A stretch of 64,000 bases of DNA, taken from positions 3,360,001-3,424,000 of the forward strand of contig OY764216.1 in NCBI GenBank assembly GCA_963668315.1, written 5' to 3'. The stretch comes from Spirochaetia bacterium (lineage in GTDB: Bacteria > Spirochaetota > Spirochaetia > DSM-2461). Position 1 is the first letter of the stretch. Every line of letters starts with the position of its first letter. The notes under the pieces are model-generated. The model made no database searches, was not told where the DNA came from, and was given only the letters and a program-made list of their open reading frames with translations. The translations under genes were made by a program, and so were the position numbers. Positions 1 through 12,300 of this stretch are shown in pieces.

Positions 1-1
1 A

Positions 2-3000
2 TTATCTAATGAAGGAGTTAAAGCAAAATACTTAAGTCTTGGAACTGAATTATTTCAAGATATGTTTATCAACCCTGATAGTCTGTGCTTTGAAGCATTC
101 CATGATCTAGATGGTGATGAAGTAAATTTCACTCTTGTTTCAGATTGGCAAGGAAATGAGACAGAACCTTTTGCACTAGGAATTATAACAGAAACGAATG
201 AGTCAGATTTCTCAAAATCATATCTTCTCCCTCTTCGTTTTTATATGGATACAACATCTCCTCAGTTTAGTGATGTGTTAATCGAAGGAGATGATTTGTA
301 TGTCTCAAATCAACAACCTGAAAGTATTACTCTTAAGGGTGTTCAGGAAAACTTATCTGGGATACGTCAGATACACTGTTCTCTTTTCTGCGATAATATT
401 TCTTTAGAAGAGGCTGTAATCACAACGAATATCGCTTTGAATGAGAATAATATTTCATTTCCTTGGCCTTTTAGTCATTCCTTCCCTGAAACAGTTGAGA
501 AAGAATTTACGCTCCGGTGTTCCATTATGGACGGAGTTGGTCTTTATTCTAATCCCCGTGAAACTGCTTTTATCATAGATAGAAATATCCCTGATATATC
601 CCAATTGGATAGGACAATATCAGTTGATTCAAACAAATTAATTTATGCTATCTATGATTTAGTAGATAATTCAATTTCCATTGATTACTCTAGGTCTATA
701 GATGTTTCGGATCATTTCGGCCTAAATTCTTGCTTAATTTCTCCAAATTTTTCTTATGATGAGAATTCAGATATTCAATCGGTAACCCAGATTGTTAATG
801 AAGACACCATAAAAATTATATTATCCGAAAATTATATTGCTAATAATGCGATACCTCTTAACTTGCTTTTTAAAGATGAATCAGGAAACGAAATCTCTGA
901 TACATTCTTTGTTTATACTCCTGCAGAAGTTATCTTAGATGATATTAGAGTGTTGAGAACTATTAGCCAGAAATATTCAGCTTTTGATAGTTCTAAGGGT
1001 ATACACCTTTTTCTCGAGAGGAATCCCGAAAAGAATCTAGTAAATTGGTCTTCTTTAGAGATTCAGAGAAGGTCCAGAGATGGAGTTTGGTTCAATCCTT
1101 TTAGCGATAGGTTAAACCCTAAGTACGGTTATTCCGATCGAACAGTTGATAGTCATGGAGAATACCAATATAAGCTTGCCCCCGTAAATGCTTCAGGATA
1201 TGTTAATACAGAAGGTAGTTTAATTATCCCTGATGATGAAAGTAATAATTTATATTATAAAGTCGGTAACTATATTCCCCTGACGGAGATTGTCGAAAAC
1301 AGCTATACTTCCCGATTGGGAAAAGCCTTTATGGGACCTCTGCCGAGTATCAGCTTCAGTTATGAAAGCTATGACAGGGACGGGGACACTTTAGCAACTC
1401 GATTCATCGTGAGAAACGAGAATACTGATACCATTATTAGTGAAGCGAACGGCTCTGGGCCTCTCTTAGTTATCTCTCTTCCGGGCGAGGAGAAACATTT
1501 TACCGTCAGTGGTGGAGACTTTGATTTTACGGACGGGGTCGATTATCAGCTTGTCCTGAGAACGGAAGACCGTTGGACGGAGGAGGGGAATCCCGATGCT
1601 GTACCCGGCGATGCCTTCGAAGTCATTCAAGATATCCAGTATGATTCGTCCGGTCCCGAACTTGTGCACGATTATATGATCGTAAATGATCGCCGGAAAG
1701 AATGGGGTATGACTCAGCTGAAAGCAAAGGCTCGTGATCTGGGTGTCGGACTCAAAAAAATCTGGGCTGTGTTTACCGGTACGGATGGTGCAAACAAATT
1801 GCTTGATGATAGTAGCGTGACCGTTGGGGATGATGGTAGCACCGATGATAAGGAATATACTTTTGAGATCCCCGAAGGGTTGGGGGCTATCTCTCTCTTC
1901 GGTTCGGACAGATTAGGGAATGAATCCACCCTGAGTTCTGATATCCTGGTTCAGAATGATGAAACAGCTCCTCTTTGGAAGTCTTTATCTCTTGATGATA
2001 CGAGCGCTTCAGGTACCTTCATATCCGGGACCCCCAATGTTAGGGTCAAACTCGAAATTGAAGATGATCTGAGCGGTTTGGACTCCTATACATTTGAATA
2101 TATTCCCTCCGATGACTCTGATCCCATCATTATAACTAAGAAAATCAATAACCATGAAGCATTAAGTCATGTACTAACCTGTGCTCCCAATCGGGGGGAC
2201 ATCGTTGAGGGAATCGAGTACGGATTGTCCCTTACCCTTTATGATCAGGGAGGGAATGCCAGTTTAAAGAGGGTATTGGATAAAAAAATCCTCTTTGATC
2301 TTACCTCTCCTGAATTGACTTTTAATTCCTGGGATTTGGAAAAGTTCGGTGATTTTTATGTCTCCAATATCAGCACAGTCGCTTTTCCCAATCTTACAAT
2401 AGATAATGACTCCGAAGAGAGTGTTTCTTTGGTTTATGAGTTGATTGATGAGAACGGAAATGTCGTTGAACAGTCCGGGAAAATCCATTTTGACATACAG
2501 GGCTATTATCGTTTGAGAATTATAGTCGTCGATATGGCTGGATTGGAAAGCGAAATGGAGCTTCCTGTCCTTTATGACAATCAGGCTCCAACAGATATTT
2601 TGCTTGATGGTTTATGCAATAACAACGGTTACCAGCCTTTGCAGACCGCAGCGATTTCTTTGGCGGCTACTGACAACTACTCCGACGTAAAAGAGTTCGA
2701 TTTAAAGATCAGTGAAGGAACTACGATACTTTTTCAGGATGAGTTGACTTCTTCAGATGCCCTATCCTATGCCCTGATAATTCCTGAAACGGAAGCCGAC
2801 ACTCTTTCTCTTTCCATTACCGCAACTGATGGAGCCGGTAATGTATCTGCTCCCATGGAGAAATCCTTTTCTGTAGCCCCTTCGACAAACCTTCTTGCTA
2901 TTGAGGCACCCCTTTATATTGGTGAGAGAAAGAGTCTTTCCCTTTTCTGGGATTATCTGGGTGACGATGAGATCAGCCACTACAAAGTAGAACTATTCGG

Positions 3001-6000
3001 CAACTCCGGTTTTAGTGATTCACCTATTGTTACGAGGGAAGTCCCGACTGAATATATAACCATCTCTGAATCGGAGATGGGGAATCTTTCCGGTTGTGAA
3101 TGGTTATACCTGAGGATTCAGCCGATTAACTCGGACGGATTGTCCCTCGCGGCAACGGTATCTCACCGGATTACCGTTGATCTTGAGAAGCCGGTCATTG
3201 AACGAATTGTCTTTCCCCAAATGATCCGACCTGACAATCTAACTGTTGAATGGAGCGTCTCTGACGATTCACCTCTCAAACCTATTCAGGTTTCTCTGGA
3301 AGAGGTGAGAACCGAAAATGGTAATGTCACCTTTGACTCTCTGGGTTGGTTTGAACTTACAAACACGAAAATGACGGAATCCCGTGACATTTCAGAGCTA
3401 CTTAGTAATCTGGATCAGGACATTCCTGCCGAAGCACTCCGCATCAGAATCCTTGCTATGGACCGGGCAGGCAATTTCTCCGACCGAGTGTCCGGCCTCA
3501 TTCCTATCGATTACACCCCGGCTCCCTCCTATGAGATTCTCGATCAGGGGGATTACATCAATCCAAAGAAGAATGATCTCACTTTCCAGTGGACCTGGGC
3601 TCAAATAGATCCAGAATCAGGGGAAGAAGGATATTATTACCAACTTTCTGCAAATGGTTCCATCGCCCCTGACGGTTGGTCTTATACGACATCGAGGGAA
3701 GTGACATTTCATAAAGATGAATATTCCTATACAGAAGGAGTCGAACTTTTCCTCCTGGTCAAGAGAGACACTATAACGGGACAGGAAAGCATTATGTACA
3801 GCAACGGCATTATTCCCGATACTTCTGCCCCGGTTATTACAGAAGTTCTACTCACTACAGATGAGGAAGGAAATAACGAGTTGAACGATCTTTATTATAC
3901 CGGTGATAGGGATATTTACCTGAAGGTAGATGCAGAGGAGATAGAGTCGGTAGTGACGTCCTATTCGGCAAGAGCCGGATTCCATGATATTGCGACGTTC
4001 TCTCCTCTAGAACAATTCTCATCCCATACCTCAAATATTCTTCGGAAGATACTTCCCGTACCAGAAGAAGATGAAAAGAACAGAGCCATAAGTTATGAAG
4101 TTCAGGCCTACAACGGAGTTGCGCTGGCTTCTCTGCCTTCCTATTCGCGGGGGATACTCTTTAATCCGACTTCTCCGATACTGGATGATGTGCTTTTCAC
4201 CTATGAGGATGGCACCGCTTATGTGACTTGGTCCGTAGCCCATACTCTACCTTTGGAGCAGCAGATTATTTCCATACATCGGGAAAACGGTGCTGTGATC
4301 AGCTCTCGTATTTTAGATGAAGAGAAAGACGGGAAAAGAACTCTTTCTTTGGAAGGCCTCTCTTTAGGTGATGGTAAATACTATGCTTCTGTAAAAATCA
4401 TCGATAAAGCGGAGAAGGTCAAGGTGCAGAACTCCCCGATGCTTACATTGGACAAAACGGTTCCAACCATCGTGAATCTAAATTATGACAAATTTGTTTA
4501 TGATCGTCTCCGGGCCGAATTCTCATCCAATGAGCCTCTTTCCGAAATACGGTTGGAGATGACGTCCGGAGGGGAAACTCTCTTGGAAGAAGGTCGGGTT
4601 TTTTCAAGTCCCGTATCCTCCTGGCGTTATGAGTTTGATTTGATGACTCTTCCCCTCTGGGCAGAAATGCAAACATGGGGCAGCCGCTTCATTACCTTAC
4701 GAATTTCCGCAAAGGATATGATGGGCAACTGGTGCGACTGGAAAGAGTGTCAAATCGTTTTCGATAACTCCGGACCCTCCGCTCCCGTTGTCTCCCGGGA
4801 CAATTCGCTCATGTGGGGAGCCACATCGGTAACAATGGAACAGCCTCTTGTGGGGGATCAGGTTAAAGTGGAAGATATCTACCTGACATCCCAGGATAAT
4901 GATTCACCCATCGTTGGTTACCAATGGGCCGTTGTGTCTTCGAACCAGAACGAACCATCCGAATCGGAGTGGTCGCCTCTGAGAAATCTGGGAGAAGATT
5001 CCCATATTCTGAATACAGGAGCTGTGAGACTGGATGGGCTCTTCTTAAGTGACAACCAGGCCTTCCATCTGGCCGTTCGAACCCGTAATAAGGCCGGGTT
5101 GTACTCTCCGACTGGGTATTCGGAGCTTTTGATCGCCGATCTCAAGGCTCCCGAATTTATCCTTTCTTCTTCGGAACATCTAACAGTAGATAATGACGGC
5201 GATGAACCGGTCTATGTTTACCAGGGGGAGGGGCAGATAAGTGTTGAGCTGATAGATGAAACCTGTCCCTATGTTATACAGACTCTGACAATTCTTGATC
5301 CGGTGAATCAGATCGCCTATGAAAATGAAACAGGACTTGATAGAGCCGAAGGACCGAATTATGTTTCTGCGTTTAAATTTGATCCTACCGTGACTGGAGT
5401 TCACCGTTTGCAGATTACATTAGAGGACCTTTTCGGAAGAAAGGAGACGAAGAGCCTTCTCATACGGAGTAATCCGCCTCCCTTACTGCAGATTCCGGAA
5501 AATCTGACGGCCCGTCCGGGGGAGCCGTTTGCCCTGTCCTACCAATCCTGGGTGACATCCCTCGAGAGTATCGTTGATATTAGGGTGGAAGGAAGCTCGT
5601 TATCCGCCCCCCTATCGGCCGGTTGGGATGAGGACATCATCCTGCCCGGCATGGTCCATAGCGAGCCGGATGGGCAGGAGACTGTTTTTGCATATACCAT
5701 AACCTATACGGATCAGCTGGGAATCTCCGCTTCAGGAACTTTTAATGTAACCCTGAGGAATAGTTCGGAAGGGACTTTGCTGGTTGATGAAGTCTGGTCA
5801 GGAACGCACTACCTGACTGGAGTCGTCACCATACCTGAAGGGCGAAGCCTCACTATCATGCCCGGGACGAGGGTGCTTTCCCAGGCGGGGGATATCTTTG
5901 GACATGATCAGGCGTTGATCCTGGAATCGGGAGGAATCCTAGCCGTGGGAGTCGGAGCCGAGTTTGATTCGGCATTCGACGGGGAATCATGGGCCGGCAT

Positions 6001-6343
6001 AACGGCTCAGAACGGTTTGACTCTCGAAGGGGTATCCATCAGCCATGCACAAAGGGGACTCGTACTTCTCCCCGGGTCTTATACGGTTAGCCTGAAAGAT
6101 TGTACTTTCTCTGATAATACAGTGGGCGTACATGCTTTGAATGACGCCGTTTGGATGGAAAACAGCGCTTTTGAGAATAATCTTCACTATGGGGTGAAAG
6201 AGGATAACGGAGTAAATCCTGTGATGATAGGTAACTTCTTCAGGAATAACGGATTCGATTACTACGATATTGATCTGGCTGCCATCGGGGCATCTCTGAT
6301 TGATACCCTGAATACAGACAATGCGGGAAATACGGGAGAGTAA
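2..6343 (+). CDS. Giant acidic extracellular protein (5'-partial): tandem Ig/Fn3-like repeats and a C-terminal right-handed beta-helix
   Basis: The frame is open from base 2, so the gene starts upstream of the window. Repeated D-x-A-G-N ... D-x-T/S-x-P Ig-like motifs. The C-terminal 'EVWSGTHYLTGVVTIPEG...F-x-N-N-x-x-YG' region is clearly paralogous to the end of 51607..60144. Confidence 0.75.
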   Translation, partial: LSNEGVKAKYLSLGTELFQDMFINPDSLCFEAFHDLDGDEVNFTLVSDWQGNETEPFALGIITETNESDFSKSYLLPLRFYMDTTSPQFSDVLIEGDDLYVSNQQPESITLKGVQENLSGIRQIHCSLFCDNISLEEAVITTNIALNENNISFPWPFSHSFPETVEKEFTLRCSIMDGVGLYSNPRETAFIIDRNIPDISQLDRTISVDSNKLIYAIYDLVDNSISIDYSRSIDVSDHFGLNSCLISPNFSYDENSDIQSVTQIVNEDTIKIILSENYIANNAIPLNLLFKDESGNEISDTFFVYTPAEVILDDIRVLRTISQKYSAFDSSKGIHLFLERNPEKNLVNWSSLEIQRRSRDGVWFNPFSDRLNPKYGYSDRTVDSHGEYQYKLAPVNASGYVNTEGSLIIPDDESNNLYYKVGNYIPLTEIVENSYTSRLGKAFMGPLPSISFSYESYDRDGDTLATRFIVRNENTDTIISEANGSGPLLVISLPGEEKHFTVSGGDFDFTDGVDYQLVLRTEDRWTEEGNPDAVPGDAFEVIQDIQYDSSGPELVHDYMIVNDRRKEWGMTQLKAKARDLGVGLKKIWAVFTGTDGANKLLDDSSVTVGDDGSTDDKEYTFEIPEGLGAISLFGSDRLGNESTLSSDILVQNDETAPLWKSLSLDDTSASGTFISGTPNVRVKLEIEDDLSGLDSYTFEYIPSDDSDPIIITKKINNHEALSHVLTCAPNRGDIVEGIEYGLSLTLYDQGGNASLKRVLDKKILFDLTSPELTFNSWDLEKFGDFYVSNISTVAFPNLTIDNDSEESVSLVYELIDENGNVVEQSGKIHFDIQGYYRLRIIVVDMAGLESEMELPVLYDNQAPTDILLDGLCNNNGYQPLQTAAISLAATDNYSDVKEFDLKISEGTTILFQDELTSSDALSYALIIPETEADTLSLSITATDGAGNVSAPMEKSFSVAPSTNLLAIEAPLYIGERKSLSLFWDYLGDDEISHYKVELFGNSGFSDSPIVTREVPTEYITISESEMGNLSGCEWLYLRIQPINSDGLSLAATVSHRITVDLEKPVIERIVFPQMIRPDNLTVEWSVSDDSPLKPIQVSLEEVRTENGNVTFDSLGWFELTNTKMTESRDISELLSNLDQDIPAEALRIRILAMDRAGNFSDRVSGLIPIDYTPAPSYEILDQGDYINPKKNDLTFQWTWAQIDPESGEEGYYYQLSANGSIAPDGWSYTTSREVTFHKDEYSYTEGVELFLLVKRDTITGQESIMYSNGIIPDTSAPVITEVLLTTDEEGNNELNDLYYTGDRDIYLKVDAEEIESVVTSYSARAGFHDIATFSPLEQFSSHTSNILRKILPVPEEDEKNRAISYEVQAYNGVALASLPSYSRGILFNPTSPILDDVLFTYEDGTAYVTWSVAHTLPLEQQIISIHRENGAVISSRILDEEKDGKRTLSLEGLSLGDGKYYASVKIIDKAEKVKVQNSPMLTLDKTVPTIVNLNYDKFVYDRLRAEFSSNEPLSEIRLEMTSGGETLLEEGRVFSSPVSSWRYEFDLMTLPLWAEMQTWGSRFITLRISAKDMMGNWCDWKECQIVFDNSGPSAPVVSRDNSLMWGATSVTMEQPLVGDQVKVEDIYLTSQDNDSPIVGYQWAVVSSNQNEPSESEWSPLRNLGEDSHILNTGAVRLDGLFLSDNQAFHLAVRTRNKAGLYSPTGYSELLIADLKAPEFILSSSEHLTVDNDGDEPVYVYQGEGQISVELIDETCPYVIQTLTILDPVNQIAYENETGLDRAEGPNYVSAFKFDPTVTGVHRLQITLEDLFGRKETKSLLIRSNPPPLLQIPENLTARPGEPFALSYQSWVTSLESIVDIRVEGSSLSAPLSAGWDEDIILPGMVHSEPDGQETVFAYTITYTDQLGISASGTFNVTLRNSSEGTLLVDEVWSGTHYLTGVVTIPEGRSLTIMPGTRVLSQAGDIFGHDQALILESGGILAVGVGAEFDSAFDGESWAGITAQNGLTLEGVSISHAQRGLVLLPGSYTVSLKDCTFSDNTVGVHALNDAVWMENSAFENNLHYGVKEDNGVNPVMIGNFFRNNGFDYYDIDLAAIGASLIDTLNTDNAGNTGE

Positions 6344-6347
6344 CAGC

Positions 6348-9300
6348 ATGAATAAGCACATCGTAAAACTGGCAAGTATTATATCTTTCGGTCTCTTCTC
6401 CCTGAATCTTTCTGCACAGAATCTGCCTCAGAATATTCTAGATACGTTGAACAATCAGGCAAACCTTGGTGTCGCCCGGTTATCGGACATGGAGTATTCC
6501 CCCAATATCCAGATCGGGCATCCCGCCGAATATCTTCTCGATGGAAATAGTGATACCTGGTACGGCCTGACGAATATGGCTTCCCAGGGATGGGTGCGTC
6601 TTGTCTTTGAAGAGGAAGTCTACCTGGAAGGTATCAGGGTGAATGGTATCATTCCTGATGATGTCCTTATTAGTCTTGAGACGACAAGAGATATGGAAAG
6701 CGTAACGTTTCCCGCAGGATACATTGTAGATGCCGGTACGGATTATCTGCTGGACCTTTCGAGGGAACGGCTTATTTCAGATAACGTCCTTATCAGGATA
6801 AGCGGATCGGATCTGTCAAAGATTCAGATTAATGAGATAGAACTCATAACAAGGCCTGAGAACGGGGAATTACATAAAAAAGATCTCGTTCCCCGTGAAA
6901 TGACATACTCTAAGAAAGAACTGAATGATAATTACACCATGGTCGACGGTAAAATCGGTACGGTCTGGCATAATCAGAATCGGGGATTCGGCAGTATGAT
7001 CTACTGGCTTTATCAGAATGTTATCCAGGGGCAATTCCACAGCAACGATAAATGGAGAAAGGTCGATGAGATTATCTACGATGTGACCAATCCCGGTTAT
7101 ATGGAAACCTTAAAGTTTTACCTCACCGATTCGGCAAGCGGAACATTAAAACTTGATATCCTTACCGGTGAGGAATGGCAGCCGGTGGGGAATTATCAGT
7201 TAAGCGGCATGCAGGGCTGGCAAAACCTTTCCCTTGAGGAATATGGAGAGATAGGCGCTCTTAAGCTCACCATGGAAGATCCGAGTAAGCCCTGGCAACC
7301 GGGGAATTATGGTGGGATCGGAGAGATTGAGTTATGGGGACGGACCAATCCGGAGAGACTCTACTTAAAGGACTTGATCTCTCCCGCTGCTCCCTACGGA
7401 AATCATGATGCGCTTTTCTCTCTTCCCGATTACGGGACTAGGGATTTCTCCTTTGAAATCGTCACCGCCGGTGCTAATGTCGAGGCACCTCAGGTGTTTC
7501 TGAACGGATATAACCTGAACGATGTCCGGTGTCAGGAGTATGACGGTTTTGACGTCTGGGAAGTTGATGCGCCGGATCATCTCCTGAAGGAAATTGACAA
7601 CAGTCTTAAGCTTGAGCCCTCTTTTGATACAAGAATCCTTTCCGCGCATCTTATCTCTCCCGAAAACAGAGGGCTTCTCATCTCTGAAGGCTCGCTCTCT
7701 GATGGGAGACGCTATTCCGGTCGGGCCACATCAGTCGATCCCATGCTGATTGAGCTTCTCGACGGTCAGGCTGAAATGGAGGAGATCATACTCTACTTTA
7801 ATGAACAGGCACCGGGAAATCTTTATATTCAGGATGGAGGAACAGATCATTATCTTAATCCTATAACGGATTCCAACGGAGAACGCTCCTATGGGGGACG
7901 CGAGTTCCTTGAAAAACTGGGACTTGACGGTTTGTTTGATCTTCAGGAAATCGAAGTTAAGGGTTCACGGAATCAGATAGTGAATCCCTATATTGAGTTG
8001 CTCTTTCCCTTGCAGGATGTCGAATTGCCCCAGCATGTTACCTATCACTACAAAGTCATAGGTATTACCGATGTCCCCGATGGAGAAATCACAGTGAACG
8101 GCATCCCCGCGCAAGTGAGGGATAATTTCTTTTGGGTGGAGATGCGGGACCTTAACATCCGCGAAGCGGGTGAGAACCTTATTGAGGCAAAAGTCAAACA
8201 TCCCAACGGTAACGAAGCTGTTGATAAAGCTTTGATTCATATTGAATCGGATAGCAATAATATTACCATAGATCAGGAGGACCGTCTCTATACAACCATC
8301 GACCCCACATTCCGGATCAGCGGTCGGATCAGCGGTTATGAAAGAGATCTCAGAATTAACGGAGTTCCCCTATCGGTTCCCAATCACCGTCGTTTCTCCT
8401 ATGATTTCCCTTTGGACATGGGTCTTAACCTCATAGAGATAGAATTAATGTCTCTTGACGGGGATCGTGTTCTTGTCAGACAGATGAGGCAGGCTTATCG
8501 CCAGGAGGCGGAACCGAGCCTTTCCATAATCTTTCCGACAGACAGCAGCATGACGAACAAAGATTTCATAGACGTAAGTGGAACTGTCTCTCCCTGGGGG
8601 CTCGAGTCTTTAACCGTTAACGGTTTTGATGCGGCAATAAATAACGGTACCTTTTTCCTGGACTCTTTGCCATTGGATGATGTCATCAAACCTATTCGTG
8701 TTCAGGCCACCTATGAGACTGGCGTGGTTGTGGAGAAAACTGTATGGGTAGAGAAGGATCAGCAGGCTCCCGTCATCTCCGATGTTGCTCCAGCTCCCGG
8801 GACTATGGTTGGTGATTCCCATGTGGAAATTACCGGTACCGTTTCTGAAGAGAACGATGTAACCGTTTTTGTTAATGGAATCGTCGCCCCCGTGACGGGT
8901 AACTGGTTTTCCTTAGTTGTCCCCTTGCCTCTGGGGGGGAATAATGAGATTCGAATAAGCGCTCAGGATGAAGCAGGGAATCATACTGATTGGCCCGTCT
9001 TTATGATTTACAAAGATATTTTCGGACCCTTACCCTTTGATGTAACCGTTACTCCGGCTACCTGGACAAACGATAGACGGCCCGTGATAGAATTTCAGAC
9101 CACCGATGCGGATATCGGTCTGAGAGACTACGCCGTTAGTGTAAACGGGGGGGATTTTGTGACTCAGGAGAGTCCCAATATGCTTCCCTACCTTCCCGAT
9201 GGGAAAATTGAAATAACCGTCAGGGCCTATGACCTTTTCGGCAACTGGACCGATTCCACGGCTTATGCCTTTATTGACACTACCCCGCCGGATGAACCGG

Positions 9301-12300
9301 AGAACTTCCGTGTCGTTCCCGGAAAGGATCGTGTCCTTCTTCGCTGGGAAGAAACCGATGAGGAAACCCAGGCTTATGTTATTGGTCAGGTGGGATCTGA
9401 AGAGGCCATTACTGTCACCCGGGACGATTTTCTTTCCCAGGAGGAAGGTGTTCTTTTCTTTGAGAAAGCCATAGAAAGACTTGAACCCGGACAAACTTAT
9501 GAGTTCTACATAAAAGCTGTGGATTGGGCGGGAAACGTCGGTCGTACTTATGTAAAATCAATCACTACCTCGGAAGTGACGGTTGACCTGGAGAGTAATG
9601 GAACAAGCCTGCTCGAATATGACGGCTTGGTTCTGTATATCCCGCAAGGCTCCCTTCCCGATGTGGTTGATAAGGTTCTCATGCGAGAAATTGAGGACGA
9701 AATAATTTCTGATCAAAGCGTCTTTCCTCTCGTTTCTCCCATATACTCATTTTCTGTTGGCAACGATGAAGGTGAAGAGGAGGACCATGTTGTCTTTGAT
9801 AAGCCCTATGTCGGCCAGATTACCTATAAAGAATCTCCCGACTGGGGTGATATCTCCGAACAGCGTCTGGCTGTCTATTATTACGATGATGAATGGTGCC
9901 GGTGGTTTATCACGGATCAGAATATAGTTGATCCGGAAACAAATACGATAACTTTCATGACCGATCACTTCACGGATTTTTCGGTGCAGCCGACGTCCCA
10001 GGATGAGATTGAATATAATCAGTTAAAGGGGATTGAGTATCCCCTTACCAGTGAGAGCATAACCCATACCCCCATTTCCGTCTCCGCACAGGGAGGAGGG
10101 GCCAGCACGGCCATGACGGAATTTTCTCTTCCCGGGAAAAATGGCCTTGATCTCGTTTTGAGGCGAACCTACAGTTCAACGGTGGCTGATTCGGATTGTG
10201 CAAACCTTCCCATGAATTCCATAGGTCTTAGCGATACGGCTTATTTGGAAACCAGTAATACTGAACTTTCAGTGAATCCCATAACAGGATTGATTCAGGA
10301 AACACCAACAAGTTCGGCTGAAAATAATGCCCGACAGGTCCTCGATGAGTATTTATCGAATTCTACGGAGTTGATCAAAAGCTGGAGTAGTTCCTTACAT
10401 CGACAGGCGATGTATAAGCGGGGAGAATTATCCTATGCTCTGGGACAAGGGTGGCGGCTTGACTTTCCCTATGTTCGTTTCCAGAATGCTAGTGTAAATA
10501 TTTACATACCAGAGTATGGTTTTATCTCTACTGAAGAACTGAAAAGAGTAGGAAAAAATAATACTGGTAACATTACTTATACTGACTCTCTTGAAGGAAA
10601 ATGTGAAGTTACTCTGATAAGAAAAAAAATAACTAATACCGAATCTAATTCTCAACACTCGACCCGGTATAAACTAACAAACATACATGTCTATACCAAA
10701 GATGGTAAACATTATGAATTCCTGAATACGGGACAGATTTCCCAAATCTCCGATCAGTATAAGATAGGTGAGGAAAAGGCTAATCAGATAAGTTTTAAAT
10801 ATAATGATGAAGATCTTACCTTAAGACGCATTGTTGATACGATGGACCGATCCATATTCTTTACCTATTATGACGAAGAAGAGTATTCTAAATTTCTTCC
10901 TGTTATCAAACACATCGCTGTCTTTGATAAAATCCAAGCTCCCGATTCAGACGTTTTAATCCTGACCAATGAGCAGGCGGAAAATTCCGACTTCTTTGTA
11001 ACCTACAATTATGATATTGATCAGGAAGATAGTGCCGGACTACCCTTGCTGTTAAATTCTGAGGATGTTCAAGGTAGAATATGGTCATATGAGTACGGAG
11101 AGATGTACTTAAAATCTAAGTATAAAAATGATTCTATGAAAGATAATGACGGTAAACAGATATCCTTCTATCCCAACAAGACAAAAAGCCGCTTTATCTA
11201 TCCCTTGATTAGTATGGAAGGACCCGGAATCGGTCATGAAAGGATTTCCTATGGTAAAGCGTGGACTGTTGATGAAAATGGATTTTCAAGTCTTAACATA
11301 GAAAACAGTTATAGAGCTATCGGCAATAAATACGAATTAATGGACAGTACGGAAATCCTGGCTGTTCATAAAGTGGAGACATTAGATGAAACAGGATATA
11401 TCCAAAAAACAACTGATTATAGTTACAGTATAGATAAAGAGGGATGGATAAGGCAGACTACTAAAATAGATGGTCGTCTTAAAGAAATTTTTAATTTTTC
11501 ACAGATAAAGTTCAAAATAGATCAGCCTAATACATCTTCTTTATTTGGTTTAATTCGTCATACAAATATCTTTGATATAAAAAACGTAATGCAGACGAGC
11601 AAGAAAACATATCTCCCAAGAAATGAGGACTATGTTCTCACTCAACAGAAAAGTACGGCCTATTATACCTATCAAAGACTCCCCAGAACGGAAACCACCA
11701 TCTATGGCCCCAATCTTGATTCTCCTTCCCTGAAAACAAGCTATACATACGATGGATGGGGCAATCCCACCGAGATCGTGACAGAGGAGATGAATAAATA
11801 TTATACAAGCAAGGAAATGGTATACAATTGGTATTCCCAAGACCAGGAAGATCCGGAAGGGCTTACCAAAACGGATTCTCCCGAAGAAGTGGGGAGTTCT
11901 GAACTCAATGGCAGGATTAGGGACAGATTGCTACGCAGTTACAGATCCGTAACAACGACTGGTGAAGTCGAACGGGTTGAACTGCCTGAGGAAAGGGTTT
12001 ACCAATATAACGCGGAAGGCAGTTTGATTGCCCAGGCGGAGAGGATTGGCCGCGATTTGGTATCGGCTGGAAATCCAAAATGGTCAATAACCCTCTATGG
12101 GTATAATGATCACGGTGAATTGATTAAGATAACGAACCCAAGGGAGCATATAACCAAGATAGATTATGATTATTCTCATGGAGACTATGATCTTGTTACA
12201 ACGGAGGAATTGAACGTTCCTGACGAAATGGGAAATGAAGCCCTGAGAACCTCTTATGTACAGAAGGATAAGTTGTGCGGTTGGGTGACAAAAGAAATTC

